Source: Octopus vulgaris | Taxonomy: Eukaryota | Assembly: GCA_951406725.2 (NCBI GenBank) | Contig: OX597816.1 | Span: forward strand, 102,858,001 to 102,922,000 | Length of the DNA stretch: 64,000 nucleotides | Direction: 5' to 3' | Shown here: positions 1-13,717 of the stretch, one piece after another | How the letters are laid out: each line of letters starts with the position of its first letter | Numbering within the stretch: position 1 is the first letter of the stretch | The notes under the pieces: generated by a model | What the model saw: the letters and a program-made list of their open reading frames with translations, nothing else | Database searches by the model: none | Told to the model about the DNA's origin: nothing | Position numbers and translations under genes: made by a program

Positions 1-318
1 GTATGAAACGATCGTAGTGGTTTTACTCTTTATCTTATATTAAACATTTAATACTTTTTGATAGTTATATATTTAAAAAAAAAATTAAATTAATTAATAA
101 TAATACTATATATATATATATATATATATAAAATTTATAAGTTTAAATTATTAATTTAAATAATTTTAAAAATTTTAACTTTAATTTAAATATTTTAATT
201 TGGAATTTTATATTTTATATTTTTTATATATTTTATTAATTAATTTTATTTCTATGTATTGGCTTATGATTTTCACGGTTTGATTTGCCTAATAATGGTT
301 TTATCTCTAATTTAATAT
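1..318 (+). mobile_element. Partial, older copy of the hammerhead-bearing (Penelope-LTR-like) element seen at 35567-35990
   Basis: ATGAAACGATCGTAGTG near the window start, then TATGTATTGGCTTA...GTTTGATTTGCCTAATA.TGGTTTTATCTCTAATTTAATATA (253-318). Both match 35752-35907. Truncated by the window edge and ends in (TA)n. Confidence 0.75.
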
Positions 319-360
319 ATATATATATATATATATATGCATATGTCTATACACACACAG

Positions 361-678
361 TGGTTAGACCGTCAAGTTTACGATCGTGAGTTTGTGAGCT
401 CAAATCCCGGACCAGGCTGCGTGTTTTGTTCTTGAGCAAGACACTTTATTTCACGTTGCTCAAGTTCACTCAGCTGTAGAAATGTGTTGCGTCGTCACAG
501 GTGCCAAGCTGTGTCGGCCTTTACCTTTCCCTTGGATAACACCGGTGCCGTGGAGGAGGGAGGCCGGTATGCATGGGTGACTGCTGGTCATCCAAATACA
601 AACTTGCCCGGACTTGTGCCAGGGAGGGTAACATTCTAGGTACAATCTCATGGTCTGTGTCGTGACAGAAGGGGGTCT
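361..678 (+). mobile_element. tRNA-derived SINE (Octopus OR-like family)
   Basis: tRNA-like head TGGTTAG...GAGCTCAAATCCC followed by GTTCTTGAGCAAGACACTTTATTTCACGTTGCTC, shared with copies at 26418 and about 30830. Confidence 0.75.
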
Positions 679-696
679 CAGATATACATGTGCGTG

Positions 697-749
<53 letters not shown>

Positions 750-789
750 ATACGTGTATGTGTATATATTTATATATACATATACATAA

Positions 790-843
<54 letters not shown>

Positions 844-878
844 TTACCTGTCTGACTGCCTGCTTGTCTGTCTGTCTA

Positions 879-929
<51 letters not shown>

Positions 930-1291
930 ATATATATATATACACTTGCATACAGAAGAGTAAGAAGATGAAATAAAACAAACTACAATATTGATTTCAG
1001 TATAGACAGTTACTACACCGAAATGGACAGTTTGATGAACATGTTACCACATATGCAGACAACCAAGTTAATATGCAGTACACCCTCCCCCCACACAAAC
1101 ACGCACACGGACGCACAAAAAGCACACACAAACACATGCACACACACAAACGCACACATACATATGTAAACTTATATAGACATGTTGAAATGGACAGTTC
1201 GATGAATTTGTCACATATATAGACAACCAGATAAATATAGACTATATTTAGAGCATGTGTTCACACACACACACACACACATATATATACA

Positions 1292-1325
<34 letters not shown>

Positions 1326-1364
1326 CATATATATACATACATATATACATATATATACATATAT

Positions 1365-1425
<61 letters not shown>

Positions 1426-1532
1426 CACAAGTACATACCTATAGCTATGTCCCTATATATGTATATATACTTAAATGTATTTGCATATACATGTATATAT
1501 ATACGTATATGTATATGCATACACACACACAC

Positions 1533-1649
<117 letters not shown>

Positions 1650-2166
1650 TATGAATGTGTACATATGTTTATATTAGTATGCTCATATAAACATACGCAT
1701 ATCCACGCATGCCTATCTTTATGCATACCACAGATACACATATGCATACACAGGAATATACGCCTATATTTACCTAAATAAAACATTATCTGTTTATATA
1801 TATATATATATTTTACACCGGTCTTAGAAAACAATGCTTTTATTATTTCATGTCGTTTCCCTTCATTTAACGTTGATTTCCAAATCGACTAATAGAGACA
1901 AACGAGTCAATCCGAGACAGAAATAATTAATTGGTTGGTTAATAAGAAAGAAATCTGTAATGGAAGGTGTCTATAATGCGTTTGATGAAAAAATCGACCG
2001 CCCCGTACATACATACTTACATACTAACGAAACACACACATACACACATATAGGTATAGGTATAAGTGTGTATATATGTTTGCATATGTATATGTATTAA
2101 TATACATATATCTATGTGTGTAAAGCATACATACACGTTCTTAAGCAGTGATACATACACACATAG

Positions 2167-2214
<48 letters not shown>

Positions 2215-2268
2215 GTAAATGAATATCTATATACATATATATACATATATAAAATCTATAAATCACTC

Positions 2269-2329
<61 letters not shown>

Positions 2330-2548
2330 TTATTTATCTATCTAACTGTCTGTCTATTTATTTATCAATATATACACATATATAGATATATATATGAAAT
2401 GAATTGAACTGGTTTCAGCCCATGAGCTGTGGCCAGGCTGGGGCACCTCAATTTTATATATAAATATATACGTATATGTATATATGTATATATATATACA
2501 TATATATACACACACACATATATATACATATACATATATATATACATA

Positions 2549-2626
<78 letters not shown>

Positions 2627-2650
2627 CATATATACTTTTATAAATATGTG

Positions 2651-2711
<61 letters not shown>

Positions 2712-2719
2712 ATATATAT

Positions 2720-2786
<67 letters not shown>

Positions 2787-3039
2787 GATATATATATGAA
2801 TATATATATAGATATATATCGATGTATATTAAAAATAAGAATATAATGACGAAGTACTTTCATTACAATAATATACGTGCATAAACGTCCTGAGTTCTAA
2901 TTCTGTCGAGGCAGGTTTTGCTTTCATGCCTTCATGGTTGATGACACAATTACCAGTTGAGTGCTGGAGTCGATGCCATTAATTTATCCCATCCTGCAAT
3001 ATCGCTGAAAGCCATAAAAATATATTGCACGCGCGTATG

Positions 3040-3129
<90 letters not shown>

Positions 3130-3338
3130 CACACAGACACACACACATATATATAGATATACATTTAAATAATAAGGGTGAAAAATTGAATTTTAATTTG
3201 ATTAATATCAATTTAAAACCAGTGCCTGAAAAATTGTATTACATGCTTATAAAAGAGATGACAACTATTTTCTTAGTGGTCACACCTTATGGGGTCTACC
3301 TCTAGTATAATGGATGTTCACTTAGTAGTCTTCCCTCT

Positions 3339-3369
<31 letters not shown>

Positions 3370-3790
3370 GTTCGTATTTATGTATGTGTGCACGTGCATG
3401 TATGTACGTACCTATTTAATCTATCTATCCATATATATGTGTGCGTTGTTGCATGTTTGAGTATGTGCGTCTATACACGACATGCATATATATATATATG
3501 GTGGTGCTATTAAGTTAGACATGGCCTGGCCAATCTTTGGTCGAAACATATCTAAGTTTATCTAAGTTTATATATATATATATATACAAAGGTTTAGTGA
3601 TAAGTGACCAAAAATGATGTTAGCATTTCCATCATGGTAAAATGGCGTCCGGTTTTCTTACAGCTGAGCATAGAGTTGTGTTGCATAGCGAATAGAAATA
3701 AGAATGAAACATACATAACAAAAGTTACACATGGCGGTCATGTTAAAGTACGAATTCATAAATGTTTGTGTGTGTGTGTATAGAAATATA

Positions 3791-3837
<47 letters not shown>

Positions 3838-4015
3838 TAAAATAAATATATATATGCATCTGCACATAATTACATATATACACACATATATATTTATATA
3901 TATATCAATATAGATATGTATATGGATATATATATATGTATATATCAATCTCTCTATATGTATATCTATGCACATGGGTATTTATATATGTATATGTACA
4001 TATATACATACATAC

Positions 4016-4062
<47 letters not shown>

Positions 4063-4191
4063 GGTATGTATACTTTAATAAGTATATATATGCGTGTGTA
4101 TGTATGTGTATGTATGTATATTTATATATATATACATACATACATATGTATACATATGCATACACATACACAAACATATATGTATATATGA

Positions 4192-4365
4192 ATGGGTATA
4201 CACATATATGTATATGTATTTATGCATATACATATGTGTATGTATATATATATATGTATGTGTATGTATATATATATATGTATGTATATATATATACATA
4301 CATATATATATATACATACACATATGTATATGCATAAATACATATACATATATGTGTATACCCAT
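4192..4365. repeat. Inverted repeat with ~69-bp arms centred on a TA palindrome
   Basis: ATGGGTATACACATATATG... (4192-4260) is the reverse complement of ...CATATATGTGTATACCCAT (4297-4365). ORFs 4192+ and 4365- begin with the same peptide. Confidence 0.85.
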
Positions 4366-4394
4366 ATATATATATATGTGTGTGTGTGTATATA

Positions 4395-4455
<61 letters not shown>

Positions 4456-4767
4456 TACACATAGAGACTCATACTAAAATACACTCACATAAGTTTACAT
4501 GAAGGTTCACACAGATAAACTATGTCTCTTTTTCAAGAAGACATATATACACATATATACAATCATATATATGTGCGTGTATGAGCACATATGTATGTCT
4601 ATTATACTTAATATATGTTGATTCTTTTATTATGATTATTATTTATAATATAATATATATACACACACATAGATATACATTTATACATTATGCATTTATA
4701 TGTATTTTTCTTTCTTTTATTCTTTTACTTCTTTGAGTCATTTGCGCTTATGTATATATATTATATT

Positions 4768-4810
<43 letters not shown>

Positions 4811-4958
4811 CACACACACACATATATATAAGATATATAATACATATATTTATATATATATATAAATGAACATATATTAATAATATATAAGGATATATAT
4901 TTGTATACATGAGTATATATATATATATATATAACATATTCATAGATACATACATAGT

Positions 4959-4997
<39 letters not shown>

Positions 4998-5330
4998 ATG
5001 CGTGTGTGTGTGTGTGTGTAAATCTGTTTGGATAGATGGATGCAAGAATATACGACACATAGGCCGAGAATTAATTATTAGGTTGTTATGTAATATCTCG
5101 TGGAGAATGTGCTACATGAGCCATAGATCACACTGACCCGACAAAGTCACACAACGTGCTAAAAATAGCAACGAACTTCCTCACTCTATACACAAATGTC
5201 CTAAAAAGTTAGGAACGCGTAGTCAAAGTAGTTCCTGAGGCATAAAAATAAGGGATGGTGACGAATGCAAGTCATTGGTCACATGCGTACACAGTATGTG
5301 CTAATTTAGCATTACTAAGGCAAGAACACA

Positions 5331-5415
<85 letters not shown>

Positions 5416-5478
5416 CTCATTCTCTCTGTGTCTCTGCCTGTCTGTCTCCTGACTGACTGTCTGTCTCTCACTCTCTCT

Positions 5479-5537
<59 letters not shown>

Positions 5538-5590
5538 CATATATATATGCACTTATATATTTACATACACACACGTATATATATATATAC

Positions 5591-5653
<63 letters not shown>

Positions 5654-5810
5654 TATTATACATTTATATATATATATATATATATATGTATATCTGTGTG
5701 TGCGTACGTATATATTTATGTATGTGTGCATAAATATCTATGTATATATATGTATATGTATATATATTTATTTTTATGCATATATACATACACACGCATA
5801 TATATATATG

Positions 5811-5841
<31 letters not shown>

Positions 5842-5868
5842 GTATATATATATGTATATATATATATG

Positions 5869-5914
<46 letters not shown>

Positions 5915-6359
5915 TATATATGGGTGTGTGTATGCATATATACATAAAAATATATGCAACTTCAAATATACAGTTCATTATACATATACACACATGCATG
6001 CATACATTCATACATACATTCATACATACAAACATACATACATATACATATGTATGTATATATATATAAGCATACATACACACAGAGGCTCAGAGACTCA
6101 CACACATACAAATGCACATACACGTACACACACACATAAAAATAATATATATATGTACATAAAAATAATATATATATATATATATCTGTATGAATGACTA
6201 TATACATAAAAATACATTTGTGTTCCTGCATGTGCGTGTGCATGTGTGTCTGTGTCCGGCTGTTGATGTGTATATGTGTGTTGGAAACTATGGACACACA
6301 CACACGAACAAACACACGCACACGCAGACATATATGTATGTAGATACATATATACATAC

Positions 6360-6426
<67 letters not shown>

Positions 6427-6569
6427 GATATGTATACGCATATTATGTTATATACTGCCATTGATGTATGTCAAATATATGTAAGTTTATAAATTTATTC
6501 ATACGCACACTTATATACATACATACATACATACATACATTCATACATAAATATATATATATGTATATT

Positions 6570-6650
<81 letters not shown>

Positions 6651-7233
6651 CCATGTATAGATATGCATATGATCTCATGTAAGTTGGTACGTCTCTGATA
6701 GATATATAGCCATATATTTTATATACATGCATATACATTATCTATGTATGTCTGTGAGTGTGTGTTTGTGTGTGTGTATGCGTGGGTATGTCTGCAGCGG
6801 TATGAGCGTATATAATCATGTTTGCGCATATGCATGTGTACATCACTGATATACTCGTTTATTTATGTGCATCGTATACAGACATACGTACGCACATATA
6901 TATTATATATTTATGTATGTATATATATATATATATATACACATATATATACACATGTGTATAAAGGTTATGAGAGGTAATGGTGTCAATAAGATCCAAA
7001 GGTGTCAGGTAATGGTGAGTAAGTGCTATAGACAAACTATCGTTAAACCCCAGGTTCGGTGATTATGCGAATGAGGAGTCCAACGTAGGTCTTATATCAG
7101 CATGTATATATATATATATACATATGTATACACACGCATATATGTATGTATATAGTTGGAATTTCCAACATAGACGAAGACAAATGTAGGAACAACAATA
7201 AGTGTATTAGTTTAACAGAAAGAAATAATTTAT

Positions 7234-7289
<56 letters not shown>

Positions 7290-7293
<4 letters not shown>

Positions 7294-7350
7294 GTAATAA
7301 TTTTTTACAACTAAAAATAAGGGTTTTAGTTGTAAAAAATTATTACCTTT
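7290..7350. repeat. Perfect 27-bp hairpin with 7-nt loop, abutting (TA)n
   Basis: AAAGGTAATAATTTTTTACAACTAAAA-ataaggg-TTTTAGTTGTAAAAAATTATTACCTTT. Confidence 0.95.
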
Positions 7351-7419
7351 GTATGATATTTTTTCCCATGCTGGCCACTTGACAATGTCGATATTATCCT
7401 CATTTATAAATATATATGT

Positions 7420-7526
<107 letters not shown>

Positions 7527-7663
7527 TGTATGTATGTATGTATGTTATGTGTGTATGTAGAGAGAGCGAGAAATGATCGGTGGGATTGACGGATAATTAG
7601 TTAATGAGATGGTCACACGTTTTTATATTATAATATGTAATTCTGTATATGTATGTATGTGTG

Positions 7664-7723
<60 letters not shown>

Positions 7724-7749
7724 CACACACACACACGCTCGCACACACA

Positions 7750-7826
<77 letters not shown>

Positions 7827-7849
7827 ATAAATAAATCCATTGGTGTGTA

Positions 7850-8200
7850 TTCTTTTATTCTCTCTTATACTGTTTTACTTGTTTCGGCCATTTCACAGAG
7901 GCCATTCTATGGCACTACCTTGAAAGGTTTTAGTCGAAGAAATCCAGGACATAATTTTTAAAGGTAATACCTGTTCCATCGTGTTTTAGACGAACTACTA
8001 AGTTACGGGGACGTAAACACACCAACACCACTTGTGAAACGATGACGTAAAGGCACACACACACACACACACACACAAACGTATATATTAATTTACACTC
8101 ATACACATACACATAAACACATATATACGACCGGCTCCTTTCATTTTCCCTCAACTGAATCCGCTGGCAAGGCTTTCGTCGGCCCATGGATAGAGACACC
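7850..8200 (-). mobile_element. Decayed SINE with internal (CA)n (same family as 26733 and 51776)
   Basis: TTTTACTTGTTTC...AAGTTACGGGGACGTAAACAC... is the reverse complement of segments at 26955-26975 and 52050-52072. Confidence 0.65.
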
Positions 8201-8222
8201 TATATGAGACACCTATGAGACA

Positions 8223-8302
<80 letters not shown>

Positions 8303-8515
8303 TATATACATATATACATATATATACATATACGTACATGCATACATACATATATATAATGCATATACATATTTGTTACATATACATATGTAACTGCCTA
8401 TATATATACCCATTTAAATACACATACATATAGTCTTAACATGTATGTGCACAAATACGTTCATGCAATAACTGTATGTGTATAGATACATGCGTGTGTA
8501 TGTGCGCAGAATAGT

Positions 8516-8550
<35 letters not shown>

Positions 8551-8664
8551 CATACATACATACATACATATATACATACATACATACATATTTATATTTA
8601 CACCTGTACATACACATGCGCATATACATTTTTCTTTTACCCTTGACTAAAATATCGATACTAG

Positions 8665-8736
8665 GATCGATATGTACGTGTAAGATTCTTCAAGGTGAGG
8701 CACCACCTTGAAGAATTTTATACGTTCGTATCAATC
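8665..8736. repeat. 33-bp imperfect hairpin with 6-nt loop
   Basis: GATCGATATGTACGTGTAAGATTCTTCAAGGTG-aggcac-CACCTTGAAGAATTTTATACGTTCGTATCAATC. As plus-strand RNA: 28 Watson-Crick pairs, 3 GU pairs, 2 mismatches. Confidence 0.9.
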
Positions 8737-8830
8737 TGAGTACTTATCTTAGGGAGCTCTTATTTTGCAGGGAAGAAGACACACCCACACCTGTTGTTAA
8801 TCAGTGGTGGATAACAACCACAAACACAAA

Positions 8831-8870
<40 letters not shown>

Positions 8871-9605
8871 TACACACACACTAAATACATACAACCACTC
8901 GAAAACACACATAAACGAAACACACACACATACACACACAAAAACGCTCACGCATACACAAAACACACACACATACACACACACAAAGACGCACACGCAT
9001 ACACACACACAAACGCAACAGGCGTGTCCATCCACGCACATATATATATATAGTGGAGGATTCTATTAATTTCCGTCTTTGAATTCCTTTCACAAGAGTT
9101 TGGTCAGTCCACGGGCATTGTAGAATATACTACCCATAGTGCTATGCGCTGGGACTGAACGTGAAGCCATAGAGTTGGGAAGCAATCTCTTGGCATACAG
9201 TCACATGTGCGCCAGTTTGTATATGTTCATGTTTCCACTATCATAAACATACACAGACACAAACTCTCTCTCTCTGTCTCTGTCTCTCCCTCTCTCTCAT
9301 ACACACACACTCACTCACTCACACACACTCATACACACACACGCATGCACACACACATGCACACACACAAGCACACACACATACACGCACATGAATTTGC
9401 ACGTATATGCATATCTTCTCTTCAGACTACATCTGTTTATGGACACATTTAATAAATAAAAAGTATTTGTGTGTGTATATATATATTTATATCTATATCT
9501 ATATATATATATATGTATATATATAATGGTTATTGACAATTTTTGTCTTTTTTTCGGCATATTTAGCATTAGAACGTTTCTTTTGCCCTTATTTTGTAAA
9601 TTATG

Positions 9606-9686
<81 letters not shown>

Positions 9687-9938
9687 TTATATATATGTAT
9701 ATACGTATATATATCTATGTTTATATATGTATATATATATGTATATATGAATTGAATTAAACTAGTTTCCACTCACGAGCTAAGTATTGTTACGATACAA
9801 AAGCATTCTTCTCTAGCGACTGCTATTTCCAGCAAACATTGGTACCTTGTTGTGCCACTATTTCCTATATCTATTATTAGTTTGAGTTTATAGATGTGTG
9901 AATATATGTAAAATTGTATATATGTTTATATATATATA

Positions 9939-9997
<59 letters not shown>

Positions 9998-10156
9998 TAA
10001 ATATATACATACATATACATATATATATATATATTATATGTATAAATATATACATACATATACATATATATATATATATTTATGTGTGTGTGTGTGTATA
10101 CATATATTTCTATTTATATACATATATATCTACACACATACACACACGCACACATC

Positions 10157-10212
<56 letters not shown>

Positions 10213-10226
10213 AATATGTATATATA

Positions 10227-10259
<33 letters not shown>

Positions 10260-10316
10260 TTAATTTTATATATTTATGCTATGATATCAATATCAGTATC
10301 AATATACATACATACA

Positions 10317-10352
<36 letters not shown>

Positions 10353-10709
10353 TATATACATATGTTCGCATGTGTGAATGTGTGTGTATGTGTGTGTGTG
10401 TGTGTGTATACATTCTTGTCTGTCTACTTATATAGAGTTAAACATTGATACACACACACAAACGCACATCACACACTCACATTCTTCCAAATCGTGGATT
10501 ATTTTGCTTTTATCACATTCTTCTTGCCGAATGTTGTGATACGAATTTGATATTAATTGTACCTTACAAACAATGCTTCGATTTAAAGAACAAAAAAAAA
10601 AAACAGCCATTGAGCTATCAGCTGACCACCTTCATAAAGTAGTGATGTGAAATATGCAAGTATTAACTATCTCCCGCCGGTTTTGTCACCCGTACACAAC
10701 CAGTTTACG

Positions 10710-10775
<66 letters not shown>

Positions 10776-10870
10776 TCAGTAACAATAAAGGGTGAAATTA
10801 ATTAATTTGAAATAATTATCAATTACACCAAGTAGATTTCGGCATGTAAAAGCCTCATTCGAGGAAAATT

Positions 10871-11005
10871 TAAGTAATACTAAGCAATTAAGGGTTTAGC
10901 AATCCCTTTTAGTAGAAGGAATAGCTATATCTCTTTGACTGCTATTTCTAAATTCGGTGTGTTGGTGAGGCAATTCATTGCTAAACCCTTAATTGCTTAG
11001 TATTA

Positions 11006-11009
<4 letters not shown>
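10871..11009. repeat. Perfect 33-bp inverted repeat with 73-nt spacer, in an element embedded in (TA)n
   Basis: TAAGTAATACTAAGCAATTAAGGGTTTAGCAAT (10871-10903) and its reverse complement (10977-11009). (TA)n flanks at about 10713-10771 and 11008-11052. Confidence 0.95.
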
Positions 11010-11059
<50 letters not shown>

Positions 11060-11071
11060 TGTGTGTGTATG

Positions 11072-11120
<49 letters not shown>

Positions 11121-11258
11121 TACATACATACATACCTACACACACACGCATACATATATATATACACGCACACGCGCAATTAGATGCACATATACAATTA
11201 TATGTGCATGTATATCAAGTTATCTATCTATATAGTACATAAATATATATATATATGT

Positions 11259-11319
<61 letters not shown>

Positions 11320-11405
11320 AATGTATTTATAAATGCCTATTTATATATATATACATATATATGCATATGTATTATTTATAATGTGTATATATATATAGAT
11401 ATAGA

Positions 11406-11456
<51 letters not shown>

Positions 11457-11880
11457 TCTTATATATTGAGACAGAATTTCGTTGAGATATTTGAGATGCG
11501 CATGCATTTTATTGAGAATCCTCAAGAAAGGTGTCACGTGTCATTGATGCCACAATGCTCGTTCAGCTTCGATATATATTTTGTGTTTCTTTACGTTCTG
11601 AGTTCAAATTCCGCTGAGGTCGACTTTGTCTCTCATCCTTTCGAGGTCTATATATTAATTATAAGTTGAGAACTGAGGTCTATCTAATCGTCTGGTCCCC
11701 TCCCTCCACATTTCGGGCCTTGTGCCTAGAGTAGAAAAGGGTATGTATACTATTCCTGAAATGTCTCTGAAGATACCTTGTCTCAAACAAAATTCACAGC
11801 AACTTGTCTTTTTACGTTTTATATACATTTAATATGTTATGCAGATGGCTGTCTTAATTTGATGTTGTCCCAGTTGCCAC

Positions 11881-11920
<40 letters not shown>

Positions 11921-12239
11921 GAAATAAGGATTAGAAAAACACCCGAAACTGATGAAGAGTCGTTCGTTATGTTACTTGTCTTGTTTTGCACTTGTTTCTA
12001 TCGTTGTTGCCAAAAACAAAAGTTCATATTCCATGTATACGTATTTCGTATCTCATGTTTTTGTGTCTTATGCTGTTTACGTTCTGTGACGTCTCGTGCC
12101 CACATATGCATATGTATATACGTATAGATGTAAGTATGTACATATACCTATGAGTGTATGCATATATATATATATATTATTTATATAATTATATATATAT
12201 GTATGTATATATACACACACGTACATACGTACACACACT

Positions 12240-12319
<80 letters not shown>

Positions 12320-12688
12320 CATACATGCATACATACATACATTCATACACATATACACATAACTAGTTGGATAACGCTAAAGCAAGAGTTGCATATACAT
12401 TCACAGAGTAGTGTTCAGATAAATGATATTCCGAATTCTAAATCCTTTATCCAGAGAAAGTGCCTTTTGTTTAGTAAGTAGGCTGTAAGAACGACTCCTG
12501 ATGACCGAGTATGGAAGCAGAAAGACAGATAAACACAGGTTAGCTTGATGACTATACTTACATGGAATACTAGATACAGGAGTACAGAATAAAGAATGCA
12601 GCGTACATAATAAAGATCCATAATGTCCATCGTAATTCGCGTTATTCCATACACCTACGTTTATATATATCTATCAATCAATCAATCA

Positions 12689-12785
<97 letters not shown>

Positions 12786-13310
12786 GGCTTTAAATAGCTT
12801 AATACTTACAGAGGTCTTATATCCCTCCTGTAGATTGCATTTCCCTATTAGAAGAGACAGGATCTCCTTCGGTGAGAAATTGCATGTATCCAGTGAATCA
12901 GTTTGTGAAGCATGAATCTACCAAACCTCCCGCAATTCGAGGCTGGGATATTTTATCATTGAGGTTTGCTCGTTTGGTTCTAGACTATCGGCAATCTGGG
13001 TACCCGGCAGATGGAAGTTGTCGCTTCTCATCAGGGGTTACTAGAAGATGATTTGGCCCAGTCCTTCACATCAATTGACTTAGGGATCCTCCCCAAGATT
13101 TTCTGTAGAGGTTTACTCCCGTATGTATAAGCAGAAAAAAATGGAATATAACAGCATATAAAAATAAGAATATAAAAAGAAATATAATAATAAAAATATA
13201 AAAGAATGCTTTAAAATCTAGTATATATATATATATATTTATATAAATTAACAGACTTAGATAAAAGAAATCCAAGGCTGTGAATAGTTTTTAGAACATT
13301 TATAAAGAGG

Positions 13311-13356
13311 TCTTACAGCTGTTTCCGGGATATTTTATATATCCCTCCATCAGAGA
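13311..13356 (-). ncRNA. Minimal type-I hammerhead ribozyme motif (Penelope type)
   Basis: Minus strand TCT-CTGATGG-A-GGGATAT-ataaa-ATATCCC-G-GAAA-C-AGCT-G-TA-AGA. Stem I 3 bp, stem II 7 bp, short stem III with palindromic AGCT loop, GUA triplet. One core deviation (CTGATGG vs CTGANGA). Confidence 0.7.
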
Positions 13357-13717
13357 TACTCTCTCTCTCATCACTCTCCCCACACGCCCAAGAAAATAGA
13401 CACATATACACACAGACGGACGCACACACACACACACATACATATACACACACACAAACATCCCACACAAACGTACACATTGCTGAATGGCCGTTGACTT
13501 TCATGAGTTCCTCAACCCTTTGACGGTTTTTACTTTTCGTCCCTCAGGGTGTCCAGTAATCATCCTCCTCACCAAGTAAGTACGGCGGGGTTACTAGTTT
13601 AATTCCCAACCATCCGGCCTTGCAACAGATTATACTGTGTTACATGTTACCAGTAGCGTTCGAGGGTGACTTGACATTATTATGGCTGGGTTCCAACCGG
13701 AACTCGACCGTAATATT

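Noticed and set aside
13015-13047. Minus-strand CTGATGA-GAAG...CTTC
   Set aside because: No GAAA box or cleavage triplet follows.
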